The notes beneath the pieces were generated by a model. That model did no database searches, was not told where the DNA came from, and saw only the letters and a list, made by a program, of their open reading frames with translations. A DNA stretch of 64,000 nt. It comes from Candidatus Kaiserbacteria bacterium (GTDB lineage: Bacteria; Patescibacteriota; Minisyncoccia; Phycocordibacterales; UBA2100). Positions 8,768 to 18,960 of this stretch are shown here, piece by piece; positions within the stretch are counted from its first letter, which is position 1; each line of letters starts with the position of its first letter. The position numbers and the translations under genes are program-made. The stretch lies in the NCBI GenBank assembly GCA_003164215.1, contig PLSR01000017.1, positions 28,656 to 92,655 on the forward strand. Direction: 5' to 3'.

Positions 8768-9160
8768 ATGGAGTCTACCACTGCCAATCAGGTTTCCATC
8801 GAGCCGCTCGTTTGTTCGTACTGCCACCAGCCGGTCCTCTCGACCTACTTTTTTTGTCCGAATTGCGGTAATCGGCTTCATACGGCGCCGCTCTCGACTT
8901 CGATCGAAACGCAAGCGTGGATCTATGCTTTTAGCATAATCTTGCCGATGATGTGTTTTATTTTCGTAACGAAGTGGCCCGGGTGGAAATATTACAAATC
9001 GCGCGATCCGAAGGTAAAGACAGTCGGCGTGAATGCGATCGTGCTCATCGTTCTTTCAACGATCGTTACCCTTTGGGTCGGATATATATGGTCACAAGAG
9101 TTTATACAATCACAGGTCAGTAGCATTAATGCCGACCTTAATGCCGATATGGGGCCATGA
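8768..9160 (+). CDS. Zn-ribbon membrane protein
   Basis: CSYC...FCPNCG followed by two TM helices. Confidence 0.7.
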   Translation: MESTTANQVSIEPLVCSYCHQPVLSTYFFCPNCGNRLHTAPLSTSIETQAWIYAFSIILPMMCFIFVTKWPGWKYYKSRDPKVKTVGVNAIVLIVLSTIVTLWVGYIWSQEFIQSQVSSINADLNADMGP

Positions 9161-9256
9161 GAAAGATATCCACCATCAAATGGGGAGACGCTTTTTTGTC
9201 GGTATAATGAACGTCAGAAGGGGAAATTAACCGTGTCGTAACAACAACCTATATCT

Positions 9257-9556
9257 ATGTCGAAAAAAGTTATCATTCTGGTGGTGGTCGTTATCGTCCT
9301 CGCGCTTGGCGGTTGGTGGTACATGAATAACGCTTCCGGAAATACGGGCAACACGGCGGCAACGGCGCCCGCGCCATTGCCGACATCCACACAAACGTCA
9401 CAACCGCCCGCGCCCGGACAACCGACGACCGTCACCATTCCGGCGACCGGTTCGACGGATTCTGATCTGAGTCAGGAAGCCGCGGCAGTCGACACGCAGA
9501 TCAACGGTCTTACCACTGACAACGCAAGCGCGGACACGAGTTTGAACAGCCAATAA
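9257..9556 (+). CDS. Small membrane-anchored secreted protein
   Basis: N-terminal TM and P/T-rich linker. Confidence 0.7.
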   Translation: MSKKVIILVVVVIVLALGGWWYMNNASGNTGNTAATAPAPLPTSTQTSQPPAPGQPTTVTIPATGSTDSDLSQEAAAVDTQINGLTTDNASADTSLNSQ

Positions 9557-9569
9557 AACGTAAAACAAT

Positions 9570-10352
9570 ATGTCTACATACAAAATAACAATAACGATCG
9601 CAGGCGCCGCGGCAACGGCGATGATGATATTCGGCGCGGTGCCGGCATTGGCACAGACCGCGGCAACGACTACAAAGACCGAGGCTGCTCTCGCCGCACG
9701 ATTGTCGGCTATCGTAACGAAGGCGGATTCCGATATTTCTGCACGTATTACGGCTTTGAATGATCTCAATACACGTGTGCAGAGCTTGAAGAATGTTTCT
9801 ACTGATGAAAAGACCTCGATCGCGTCGCAGGTGCAGACCAATATCACCGGTCTTACGGCTTTGCAAACGACGATCGACGCCGACACGGTCGTCGCGACCG
9901 CGCGTACTGACGCGGCGACAATATTCACGACATTTCGCATCTATGCGCTCGTCGTACCGCAAGGATGGATACTTGCATCGGCTGATCGGGTCACAACGAT
10001 CACCGGACTTATGACGAGTTTGGCAACCAACATTCAGACACGCATCACGGCGGATCAATCCGCAGGAAAGGATGTCTCGGCGCTTACCGCGGCACTTGCG
10101 GATATGCAGGCGAAGATCACCGATGCAAATACTCAGTCGACATCGGCACAGTCCGGAGTGACGTCGCTCGTACCTGATCAAGGCAATAAGACGACGGCCG
10201 CAAGCAACCATGCGGCACTCGTCGCGGCACGTGGCGACATTAAGACCGCGACCGCTGACATTACTGCGGCGCGCAAAGACGTCACGACGCTCTTGCAAGG
10301 ATTGAGGTCGCTTGATGGGAGTGCATCGGCTTCCCCGACAGCCGCGCAATAA
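9570..10352 (+). CDS. Secreted alpha-helical A/T-rich protein
   Basis: Signal peptide ending PALA; coiled-coil-like body. Confidence 0.8.
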   Translation: MSTYKITITIAGAAATAMMIFGAVPALAQTAATTTKTEAALAARLSAIVTKADSDISARITALNDLNTRVQSLKNVSTDEKTSIASQVQTNITGLTALQTTIDADTVVATARTDAATIFTTFRIYALVVPQGWILASADRVTTITGLMTSLATNIQTRITADQSAGKDVSALTAALADMQAKITDANTQSTSAQSGVTSLVPDQGNKTTAASNHAALVAARGDIKTATADITAARKDVTTLLQGLRSLDGSASASPTAAQ

Positions 10353-10377
10353 AAACTTGCTCAATAGAAGTAAACGA

Positions 10378-10408
10378 ACGCGGGCGCCCCCTGAAGGGGC
10401 GCCCGCGT
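10378..10408. terminator. GC-rich hairpin, putative terminator
   Basis: ACGCGGGCGCCCC/GGGGCGCCCGCGT; no clear U-tract. Confidence 0.45.
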
Positions 10409-10441
10409 GAGTAATATCGAATCTTCAGGCATAATGAACGT

Positions 10442-10903
10442 ATGATCGGAAAGCCGATACCATATCGTAAGCAGGAAACGAGCGTTTATTGCGGTCCTGC
10501 AATAGTTCAGATGATACTCGCCGCATACGGCAAGGAACTGTCACAGGGGTCTATTGCACGGGAAATGGGTACCGACGAACAGGGGACGCCAGTGGCTCGT
10601 ATTGAAGATTTTCTTGGATCACATGGATTTGAAGTTCAACGCAAGAATGGAGCGGATTGGGACGACATTATCAGCGCCCTCGGTGCGGGATCGATCGTCG
10701 TCGTTGGCTATATTGAACCGTCAGACGAAAAGGCGCACTACTCGATTGCAGTCTCGACTACCGACCATGCGGTGTCCCTGCTCGATCCGTGGTTCGGAGA
10801 AGAACATATTTTGTTGCGTGATGAATTCATAAAAAGGTGGAGGGATGATGCAGACGAGGCCTACGGCGAACGCATGATGATGGCAGTTTCGATGCCACAG
10901 TAA
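10442..10903 (+). CDS. C39-like cysteine peptidase
   Basis: QETSVYCGPA...HYS...LLDP. Confidence 0.8.
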   Translation: MIGKPIPYRKQETSVYCGPAIVQMILAAYGKELSQGSIAREMGTDEQGTPVARIEDFLGSHGFEVQRKNGADWDDIISALGAGSIVVVGYIEPSDEKAHYSIAVSTTDHAVSLLDPWFGEEHILLRDEFIKRWRDDADEAYGERMMMAVSMPQ

Positions 10904-10946
10904 TCGCGCGCTTTGAGTTTCGCTCGCGATACGGTACGGTAGGACG

Positions 10947-12404
10947 GTGGCGAAGGAAGAAACGATCATCCGATTCGAAGATGTCTCATTCGAATACGGT
11001 CCCACGAAGCAGATCCTCGATGAGGTGAATTTTTCTATTCGTCGTGGAACGAAGACGACGATCATGGGTCAGAATGGGGCGGGGAAGTCGACGATCTTCG
11101 GGCTCATTACGGGTGCGCATGTGCCGGAAGAGGGAACCATCAATATGAGCAATGGACTCACGATAGCGATCGCACGCCAAGTGATACCGCGCGCGGAGCT
11201 CGATCTCACGGTGCGCGAATTCTTTCAGAAATGTTTCCCCAAGAAGGTCTATGATATCGACCCGCGCATCGACGGCGTGCTCGATATCGTCAACCTCAAG
11301 GGTCACGAAAAGATCTACGAACGCATGGTGAAATCATTTTCCGGCGGTCAGCAGGCGCGTCTTTTGCTCGCATCCGCGCTTATACAAGATCCAGACTTGC
11401 TCCTTTTAGACGAGCCGACTAACAATCTCGACTCCGCTGGTATAAAACACCTCACCGAATATCTCGTCGCGTACGACAAGTCTGTCATGGTCATTTCGCA
11501 CGATGCCGAATTTCTGAATTCATTCAGCGACGGCGTCTTGTACCTCGATGTCAGAACGAAGAAAGTCGAGCAATATGCGGGCAATTACAGCGATGTTTTA
11601 CAGGAGATCACAGCGCGCATTGAGCGCGAGAATATGAAGAATGCGCGGCTCGCGAAGAAGATCCTTGCGAACAAAGAGAAGATAAACTTTTTTGCGCACA
11701 AGGGCGGCAAGATGCGCCTCGTCGCCAAGAAGATGAAGGACGAAGTGGAAGAAATGGAGGAGGACAAAGTCGATGTCCGCAAGGAGGACAAGACGATCAA
11801 ACCCTTCACCATTCCCGCGCAACACATGGTCGGCGAACTATTGCACATCAGTTCATACAAGACGATCAAAGATCATCAGCCCGTGAAGCACAAATGCAAC
11901 GTGTCGTTGAAGCGCGGCAAGCACCTATTGCTGAAGGGTCCCAACGGCATCGGCAAATCGACCTTGCTGGAGGCGATCGCGCACAACAAAGCGGAAGGTA
12001 CGACGATCATGGACGGCATCAAGATCGGGTATTACCGGCAGGATTTTTCGACGCTTAACTTCGACGATACCGTCGGCGAGTCGCTCTTGGCAGTGATGCC
12101 CAAAGCGATCGAACAAACGATGCGTGCGACTGCGGCGGCATTTCTCATCGGCGCCGATGCGATCAATACGAAGATCGGCAGTCTTTCAGAAGGCCAGAAA
12201 GGCCTCGTGGCATTCGCGCGACTTGTGCTCGAAGCACCGGGGCTTCTCATTCTTGATGAACCGACCAACCATATCAACTTCCGCCACCTGCCGGTGATCG
12301 CCAAGGCACTTTCAGAGTATCAGGGGGCGATGGTCTTAGTAAGTCACGTTCCTGAATTCGTGTCTCAAATTCGCATAGATGATGTGTTAGATTTGGAGAG
12401 ATGA
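10947..12404 (+). CDS. ABC-F family ATPase
   Basis: Two ABC cassettes (GQNGAGKST/FSGGQ/LLLDEPTN and GPNGIGKST/LSEGQ/LILDEPTN), no TM. Confidence 0.9.
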   Translation: MAKEETIIRFEDVSFEYGPTKQILDEVNFSIRRGTKTTIMGQNGAGKSTIFGLITGAHVPEEGTINMSNGLTIAIARQVIPRAELDLTVREFFQKCFPKKVYDIDPRIDGVLDIVNLKGHEKIYERMVKSFSGGQQARLLLASALIQDPDLLLLDEPTNNLDSAGIKHLTEYLVAYDKSVMVISHDAEFLNSFSDGVLYLDVRTKKVEQYAGNYSDVLQEITARIERENMKNARLAKKILANKEKINFFAHKGGKMRLVAKKMKDEVEEMEEDKVDVRKEDKTIKPFTIPAQHMVGELLHISSYKTIKDHQPVKHKCNVSLKRGKHLLLKGPNGIGKSTLLEAIAHNKAEGTTIMDGIKIGYYRQDFSTLNFDDTVGESLLAVMPKAIEQTMRATAAAFLIGADAINTKIGSLSEGQKGLVAFARLVLEAPGLLILDEPTNHINFRHLPVIAKALSEYQGAMVLVSHVPEFVSQIRIDDVLDLER

Positions 12405-12946
12405 GTGAAGAAATTACATACACACTCAAGCGAAGCATTCGCGCGCGGGCATTGCGCATATCCATATTGAATCGCGACCAAGTGATTGTCACCGCGCCAC
12501 GCACGATGAGCGAGCGTGTCATCGAACGATTCGTCACGTCAAAATCTGACTGGATCATTTCAAAACTCGAATACTTGAAGCGTCTGCCGGACCACCTGTT
12601 CCTCAAGAACAGCAAGAAGGATTTTCAGAAGTATAAAGCGGCGGCGCTCGGCGTAGCCGAGCGCCGCATTGCGTTCTTCAACAAGATTTACGGATTCGAT
12701 TTCAAAAAAATCGTTATCCGAGACCAAAAAACGCGATGGGGAAGTTGCTCCAAGACCGGCACGATCAGCTTCAACTATAAGATAGCGCTTTTGCCGCCGC
12801 ATCTCGCTGACTACATCATCGTGCACGAACTCTGCCATTTCGGCGAGATGAATCATTCCCGGAAATTCTGGGCACTCGTCGGGCGAACGCTACCTGATTT
12901 TAAATTACTTCGTCGAGAGCTGAACGGCAAAGGAATGCGGCAATAG
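12401..12946 (+). CDS. YgjP/DUF45 metal-dependent hydrolase
   Basis: KTRWGSCS and YIIVHELCH..EMNHS. Confidence 0.9.
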   Translation: MSEEITYTLKRSIRARALRISILNRDQVIVTAPRTMSERVIERFVTSKSDWIISKLEYLKRLPDHLFLKNSKKDFQKYKAAALGVAERRIAFFNKIYGFDFKKIVIRDQKTRWGSCSKTGTISFNYKIALLPPHLADYIIVHELCHFGEMNHSRKFWALVGRTLPDFKLLRRELNGKGMRQ

Positions 12947-12970
12947 CATCGTTTGTGCTAGCATGACGGC

Positions 12971-13933
12971 ATGTTAGTCGACGAAATGACGATACGGCTC
13001 ACCGCAGGTAACGGCGGGAAAGGCCGAGCGGCTTTCAATAAGGTGAAGCTTATGCAGGGCCCCAGCGGCGGCGATGGCGGTCACGGCGGCAATATTTACC
13101 TTGAAGGTGTCGTTGATATCGGTGCCTTGGCAATGTACTCGAATAAGAAAGAGATCAAGGCGCATGACGGAAAGAACGGCGGTGCGCAATTCACCGACGG
13201 CCACCGCGGCGAAGATCTATATCTAAAAGTGCCGATCGGCACGGTGGTCACCAATCTCGATACCGGTTACACCGACGAGATCATTAAGGTCGGTCAGAAG
13301 ATCCTCGTTGCCGGCGGCGGGATCGGCGGACGCGGCAATTACAAATTCCGTTCGTCGACCAATACGACGCCGATGGAATTCGAGCCGGGCAAAAAAGGCG
13401 ACAGTGCTTCATACAAGCTCGAGTTGCGACTCATCGCCGACGTCGGATTCATCGGTCTGCCCAATGCGGGGAAGTCGAGTCTTCTTAATGAACTCACACA
13501 AGCGAGGGCCAAGGTCGCGAACTATCCGTTCACGACGCTCGAACCGAACCTTGGTTCGTATTACGGGACGGTCATCGCCGACATCCCGGGCCTTATCGAA
13601 GGAGCATCCGACGGCAAGGGTCTCGGCGTGAAATTTCTCAAGCACATCGAGCGCACTGACACGTTCTTCCACCTTGTCTCGTGCGAGAGCGATGACGTGG
13701 TGCGTGATTACAAAACGGTTCGCAAAGAATTGGAACAATATGATTCCGCGCTTTCGAAGAAACATGAGGTCGTTTTCCTGACCAAGAGCGACATGGTGAC
13801 CCCGGAGGTGATGAAAGAAAAAGTGAAGGCGCTCAAGAAAATAAAAGTTGTCGCGATCCCGTTCTCGATCCTCGAACCGGAGAGTTTGGAGCTTGTGAAG
13901 AAAGCGTTGAATGCGATTCGGGATAAGAAGTGA
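12971..13933 (+). CDS. obgE: GTPase ObgE/CgtA
   Basis: Gly-rich Obg fold, GLPNAGKS, YPFTT, DIPG. Confidence 0.95.
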   Translation: MLVDEMTIRLTAGNGGKGRAAFNKVKLMQGPSGGDGGHGGNIYLEGVVDIGALAMYSNKKEIKAHDGKNGGAQFTDGHRGEDLYLKVPIGTVVTNLDTGYTDEIIKVGQKILVAGGGIGGRGNYKFRSSTNTTPMEFEPGKKGDSASYKLELRLIADVGFIGLPNAGKSSLLNELTQARAKVANYPFTTLEPNLGSYYGTVIADIPGLIEGASDGKGLGVKFLKHIERTDTFFHLVSCESDDVVRDYKTVRKELEQYDSALSKKHEVVFLTKSDMVTPEVMKEKVKALKKIKVVAIPFSILEPESLELVKKALNAIRDKK

Positions 13934-14033
13934 TTTTTTCTACTGAGGATATCGGCATTGCACAGCGGTGCCCATATGATTTAATGTCATTGTTGTTATC
14001 GTGAGGGAGAGTTTGAACATAGTCACACTTTCT

Positions 14034-14312
14034 ATGGCTTTTGAATCCGGACCTAAGTTTGAAAAACCGTCATGCGAGAATGAGGTTCATGAACTAATTT
14101 CTGACCTTGATACGGAATTCGGCTCTGAAACAGTGGATCAGGCGCTCGACCGCATCTTCAAGCCCAGTGGAGAGATTACCAACTTACCACCCGCATCAGA
14201 TGTTTTCATCAAGCATCTTGAGTTGATAGAAAAGAAGTTCGGGCATGAACATACAATGGATGCGTTAGCTGCGGCTTACGAGAAAAGACAATCTTCGCAC
14301 GAGGCTCAATAA
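14034..14312 (+). CDS. Hypothetical protein
   Basis: Short ORF with two similar L...FG.E...AL segments. Confidence 0.5.
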   Translation: MAFESGPKFEKPSCENEVHELISDLDTEFGSETVDQALDRIFKPSGEITNLPPASDVFIKHLELIEKKFGHEHTMDALAAAYEKRQSSHEAQ

Positions 14313-14372
14313 GGAAAGACTTATCCCGTCGGCAATTCTTCGAAAGTCATTTCCATATCGTATAATCATGCG

Positions 14373-15722
14373 ATGCCTTCCGAACATCGTCGCGAACGTG
14401 GATTGATCGAAGCGATCATTGTTATCGTCGTTATCGCGCTCATCGGCGGGTATTTTTGGTATTCGCACTTCTACACGGCAATTCCCGCAACCGCCCCCGC
14501 CTATAAGACCGCTGCAGAAGCATCCAATGTATACGTCCGTTTCGACATGGAAGCGTACGATCTGATCGTTAAGAATTATTGGCAGATGCCGACCGATGCG
14601 GCCATGTCACAGCTCTTTCAATCATCGCTCGTGAAAGCGCTCTCGCTCATGAATATCGATGATGCATCGACGACGCTCGCGACCGACGATCGCACCGGTA
14701 CCGCCGAATTGCTCGCCAATGCATTCACGTATGCGACGACGACCGACGCGAAAAAGAATCTCGCGGTCGGGATCCTGCAAGTTGCGCTCTATAATCTTCC
14801 ACCCAACGGTCGCGATGAACTTCTTTCTCAGACCCAGCAGGTCGCGCTTCAACAGGAAGTGAACAACGTCAATCCATCGACGAATCTGTATGACAATCTG
14901 GGCGTGCCGACCGGCGCCTCGGTTTCCGCGGTCAACGCGGCATATACAAAAGAAGCGGCTGCGCTCGCCGCATCTACGTCACCCGTCGCAAAGGCACAAC
15001 TTGCGCAGGTCACGTACGCGCATCAGGTGCTCTCCGATACGCAGACCAAAGCCCGCTACGATACGTCGCAAGTCGAGCCGACAATTTTCAGTACGATCAT
15101 GGGTTCGACGCTCTACATTAATATCAGCAAGATGTCGCCGACGACGCTTTCTGAATTCCAGGACGCGCTCGATAATGCCTCGTCGACACCCGGACTCACG
15201 AGCATGATCATCGATCTGCGCGGCAACATCGGCGGCTCGCTTGATGACGCCGCGAGCTTCCTCGGATATTTCCTAGGGGCCAACCAATATGCGTTCGACC
15301 TCTATGCACAGAACACCTACAACGTCATTCGCACGACGAGCGATAAGAATCCACTGCTCGCGCGGTATCGCGAGGTTGCGGTCCTCACCGATGACATGAC
15401 GCAATCGACCGCTGAAGTCCTCACGGCGTCCCTGAAGCGCTATCACATCGCATATTCGGTCGGTGCGACCACGCGCGGATGGGGGACCGTCGAGAACACG
15501 TTCCCGCTAGAGACTTCGACCGATGCGAGCACAACGTATGCGTTGCTTCTGGTCCATGCGATCACCCTTCGCGATGATCAACAGCCGATCCAAGGCCGCG
15601 GCGTTGACCCCGATGTTGCTATTTCCGATTCGAATTGGAAAAGCGAACTTTCGAATTACTTCACGTCGCCGAGCATCATCGCCGCACTTGAAAAAGAAGC
15701 CGATCAGCCGCCGATCCAATAA
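14373..15722 (+). CDS. S41 family peptidase with an inserted J-like domain
   Basis: IIDLRGNIGG, TQSTAE, IQGRGVDPD; internal LYDNLGV...LSD...RYD. Confidence 0.8.
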   Translation: MPSEHRRERGLIEAIIVIVVIALIGGYFWYSHFYTAIPATAPAYKTAAEASNVYVRFDMEAYDLIVKNYWQMPTDAAMSQLFQSSLVKALSLMNIDDASTTLATDDRTGTAELLANAFTYATTTDAKKNLAVGILQVALYNLPPNGRDELLSQTQQVALQQEVNNVNPSTNLYDNLGVPTGASVSAVNAAYTKEAAALAASTSPVAKAQLAQVTYAHQVLSDTQTKARYDTSQVEPTIFSTIMGSTLYINISKMSPTTLSEFQDALDNASSTPGLTSMIIDLRGNIGGSLDDAASFLGYFLGANQYAFDLYAQNTYNVIRTTSDKNPLLARYREVAVLTDDMTQSTAEVLTASLKRYHIAYSVGATTRGWGTVENTFPLETSTDASTTYALLLVHAITLRDDQQPIQGRGVDPDVAISDSNWKSELSNYFTSPSIIAALEKEADQPPIQ

Positions 15723-15731
15723 AACGAGCAA

Positions 15732-15789
15732 AACTACAAAGCTCTGAGCTTTGTAGTTATCCCCAGAAGTCACCAAGCTCTGAGCTTGG
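15732..15789. repeat. Paired AAGCTC-N-GAGCTT palindrome repeat, copy A
   Basis: AACTACAAAGCTC-T-GAGCTTTGTAGTT plus CCAAGCTC-T-GAGCTTGG; centres 36 nt apart. Confidence 0.85.
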
Positions 15790-15906
15790 CGCAATTTTGC
15801 TCAGCCCTTGCGTTCGGAGGCTTTTTGATGCATAAATAAATCATTACTACCTAAACCGAAGCAAAAACACGGTTTTAAGCCATTTAATCAATCATTATCC
15901 AAGCGT

Positions 15907-17679
15907 ATGAAAACATCTATAAAGGCAATTTCGCTCGTCGTTCTCTTTTCGGCGGCCATGGTAACGACTGCTTCGGCGCTCGTGAATTACCCCCAGAGCT
16001 GGTATTCAGGTTCGTGCGTGAATCTTTCCCGCGATCTTTCCCGCAGTATGCGCGGCTCTGACGTCTTGAGTTTACAGACGTTCCTCGTCAGTCAGAATTT
16101 TCCGGGCGGTGGCGCATGGATGGAGACGGGTCTCTACGGCGCGGCAACGCAAGCGGCAGTGAGTGATTTCCAACAGGAGCAGAGCTTGCCGACGACGGGC
16201 ATTGCAGATTATACGACACGTAATGCGATCGAGCGCCTCACCTGCGGCGGAGTTGTAGCGTATACGACACCGACGGCAACGACCTACCCGACCACCATTC
16301 CGTGGAACGGATATAGCTCGAATTACCCCTATGGCTACGGCAACCTCGTGAGTCTCAACCTCACCGCGCTCTCTCAGAACACCGGTGCGGTCGGCACGCA
16401 GGTGACGATCTATGGCACCGGCTTCGATCAGACGAATAACACGGTCAACTTCGGTTCGGTCGCCCTGACCAACGTCCCGAGCAACGGTACTTCGATCAGC
16501 TTTATAGTTCCGGCGTACACGATCTCCGGCAACGTGAACATCACCGTTTCGGATTCCCTCGGCACGAGCAACGCGCTCGTCTTCGCCGTCAGCTCGTATG
16601 GGTACGGTTGCGGAACCAATTACTTCTACTCCCCGTACAGCTCAAATAGCGGTTCGTGCGGTTGCGGGAGCACTTATTCGAGCACGCTATACGGCACCAC
16701 CTATCCGTACGGTTACAACACGTCCGGCAATTGCGGAACGACACTTCCGTCGAGCAATCTTACCGCGCCGACCATCGTGTATCTGAACCCGATCTCCGGC
16801 GGCACCGGCACATCGGTCACTGTGCTCGGTTCCGGCTTCACGTCGACCAACAATGCGGTGCACTTCGGTACGGGGGTCATCGGCAATCTCATATCGTCGG
16901 ACGGCCAATCGGTCTCGTTCACCGTACCGACGCAGCTCGTCGGCTTCGGCAGTCAGAACACCGGGCTCGGCGTCTACAATGTATACGTCACCAACGGCGA
17001 CGGTTACTCGACCAGTATCGTGCCCTTTACGGTGACGTCGCTCGGCACCGGCGGCAGCATCGTCTCGGTCAACGGCATCAGCGGTCCGACCTCGATCGCG
17101 CTCGGCACCGTGGGCACGTGGACCGTCACCTTGAACAATCCGAGCAATAGCCTGGTCACGGTCTCGGCCAACTGGGGCGACAGCTCGACATACCCGTACA
17201 ACAACAATCTTTCCGCGCCGCAAACGACGACCGCGCAGGGGATCACGACGCTCTCATTCACACACGTCTATACCGTGAACGGCACCTATACGATCACCAT
17301 AACCGCGACGAACGGCAACGGCACGCCGTCCACTTCTACGATGACGGTCGTGGTCGGTGGTTCGGGTATCTACAACGGTAATGTGCCCGTGATCTCGTAC
17401 CTCGCACCGAATGCCGGCTATGTCGGCACGCAGGTGACGCTCTACGGATCGAATCTCTCAGGTGTGAATACGATCCTCTTCGGAAACGGCGCGATACAGA
17501 ATGTGTATTCTCAGAATGGTGCGAGCTTGACCTTCGCAGTTCCGTCGTACGTCACGGCGTATTGCGCCTCCGGCGTCGCGTGCCCGCAATATGCGCAACA
17601 GATAACGCCCGGTACGTATAACGTCTCGGTCATCGGTACGAACGGCACCAGCAACGCCATTTCGTTCAACGTTCAATAA
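15907..17679 (+). CDS. Secreted protein with peptidoglycan-binding, IPT/TIG and PKD domains
   Basis: Signal peptide; GSDVLSLQTFL...TQAAVSDFQ; repeated GT.VT..G.GF; WGD...HVY. Confidence 0.85.
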   Translation: MKTSIKAISLVVLFSAAMVTTASALVNYPQSWYSGSCVNLSRDLSRSMRGSDVLSLQTFLVSQNFPGGGAWMETGLYGAATQAAVSDFQQEQSLPTTGIADYTTRNAIERLTCGGVVAYTTPTATTYPTTIPWNGYSSNYPYGYGNLVSLNLTALSQNTGAVGTQVTIYGTGFDQTNNTVNFGSVALTNVPSNGTSISFIVPAYTISGNVNITVSDSLGTSNALVFAVSSYGYGCGTNYFYSPYSSNSGSCGCGSTYSSTLYGTTYPYGYNTSGNCGTTLPSSNLTAPTIVYLNPISGGTGTSVTVLGSGFTSTNNAVHFGTGVIGNLISSDGQSVSFTVPTQLVGFGSQNTGLGVYNVYVTNGDGYSTSIVPFTVTSLGTGGSIVSVNGISGPTSIALGTVGTWTVTLNNPSNSLVTVSANWGDSSTYPYNNNLSAPQTTTAQGITTLSFTHVYTVNGTYTITITATNGNGTPSTSTMTVVVGGSGIYNGNVPVISYLAPNAGYVGTQVTLYGSNLSGVNTILFGNGAIQNVYSQNGASLTFAVPSYVTAYCASGVACPQYAQQITPGTYNVSVIGTNGTSNAISFNVQ

Positions 17680-17688
17680 CGGCAATGT

Positions 17689-17754
17689 CTGCAAAGCTCA
17701 GAGCTTTGTAGTAATCCACAGAAACCACCAAGCGCTGAGCTTGGTGGTTTGTGG
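17689..17754. repeat. Paired palindrome repeat, copy B
   Basis: CAAAGCTC-A-GAGCTTTG, TAATCCACA, CCAAGCGC-T-GAGCTTGG; 36-nt spacing. Confidence 0.85.
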
Positions 17755-17786
17755 CTATGGCGGCCAAAGCGATACATAATGAGCAC

Positions 17787-18437
17787 ATGTGGTTCGTGCG
17801 CGCATACTATCGTTTTGTGATCATCGCGATACTACTCGTCGCGATCGTTGCGGTATGCGCGCCGATCGAAATGCGATTTGCAATGCGGCCCTTCACCTAT
17901 ACATCCATAGCGGATGTTCCGACGGCCGAGGTGGCGATCGTCCCCGGTGCGTCAGTCTTGAATGGTAAGCCATCGCCGGTCCTCTCGGCGCGCGCCGATA
18001 CGGCGATCGAGCTTTTTGAATCGGGCAAAGTATCGAAGATATTGGTCACCGGCGACAACGGGCAACTGAATTACGACGAAGTAACACCGGTCCGCCGCTA
18101 TCTTACGGAGGCAGGTATCCCTGCGGATGATATTTTTCTCGATCACGCCGGCTTCGATACGTACAGCAGCATGTATCGCGCGATCGCCGTGTTCCATGCC
18201 GAGTCGGCGATCATCGTCACACAAGATTTTCATTTGCCGCGAGCTTTATACATCGCACGCCATCTCGGCATGACCGCGTACGGTGTCGTTGCCGAAGGAG
18301 GCGGGTCGCCGCTCGATTATCTGCGCGAGGTACCGGCTTCCGATAAAGCGCTCTTCGATCTTCTTGCACATCGCATTCCGGAGTTCCTCGGCGCACCCTT
18401 TCCGTTGACTGGCAGCGGCACTTCCACGTGGTACTAG
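17787..18437 (+). CDS. SanA/YdcF (DUF218) family protein
   Basis: ILVTGDN, DHAGFDTYSS, VTQDFHLPRA. Confidence 0.85.
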   Translation: MWFVRAYYRFVIIAILLVAIVAVCAPIEMRFAMRPFTYTSIADVPTAEVAIVPGASVLNGKPSPVLSARADTAIELFESGKVSKILVTGDNGQLNYDEVTPVRRYLTEAGIPADDIFLDHAGFDTYSSMYRAIAVFHAESAIIVTQDFHLPRALYIARHLGMTAYGVVAEGGGSPLDYLREVPASDKALFDLLAHRIPEFLGAPFPLTGSGTSTWY

Positions 18438-18597
18438 GAGAAAACACAAAACCGGCGCATTTCTTCGTTGTCCTTCAAAAAATATCACTCATCATATGAA
18501 ATATATGTCTCGCGATATTTTTCTTGTACGCCTCGAACTGCCTCCGGTTTTGTGTCTTCTCATTGCCCAAACGCGCGAATTGTAGTACAAATCAGCG

Positions 18598-18891
18598 ATG
18601 CAAGTCTCGATCCCGCACAAATATTCGCAAGTGGAGGCCGTCACGCGCGTTAAGAAGGTCTTGAATGAATCGCGCTCTAAGCTAGCCAGCCATCTCACGG
18701 ATGTCGAAGAGAAATGGGAGGGAAATATGCTCCATTTCGCGTTCACCGCGCAGAAGCAGCACATCTCCGGCACGCTCGATGTGAAGGACAAGGTGTTCGA
18801 TCTCTACGCGAAACTACCGCTCACATTGCGCCTTTTTGAAGGCCGCATCGAGGCGATGATCCAAGAGCAGGCGGGGCAAATGCTCGGGTAA
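18598..18891 (+). CDS. Polyhydroxyalkanoic-acid-system-like small protein
   Basis: IPHKYSQ.EA...W.G...F...I.G.L pattern. Confidence 0.65.
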   Translation: MQVSIPHKYSQVEAVTRVKKVLNESRSKLASHLTDVEEKWEGNMLHFAFTAQKQHISGTLDVKDKVFDLYAKLPLTLRLFEGRIEAMIQEQAGQMLG

Positions 18892-18960
18892 CATTCCGCT
18901 CATGAAGGCCGTATGAACGGCTTTTCTTTTTATTTACATCATATGTAGTAGGATGTGTTC

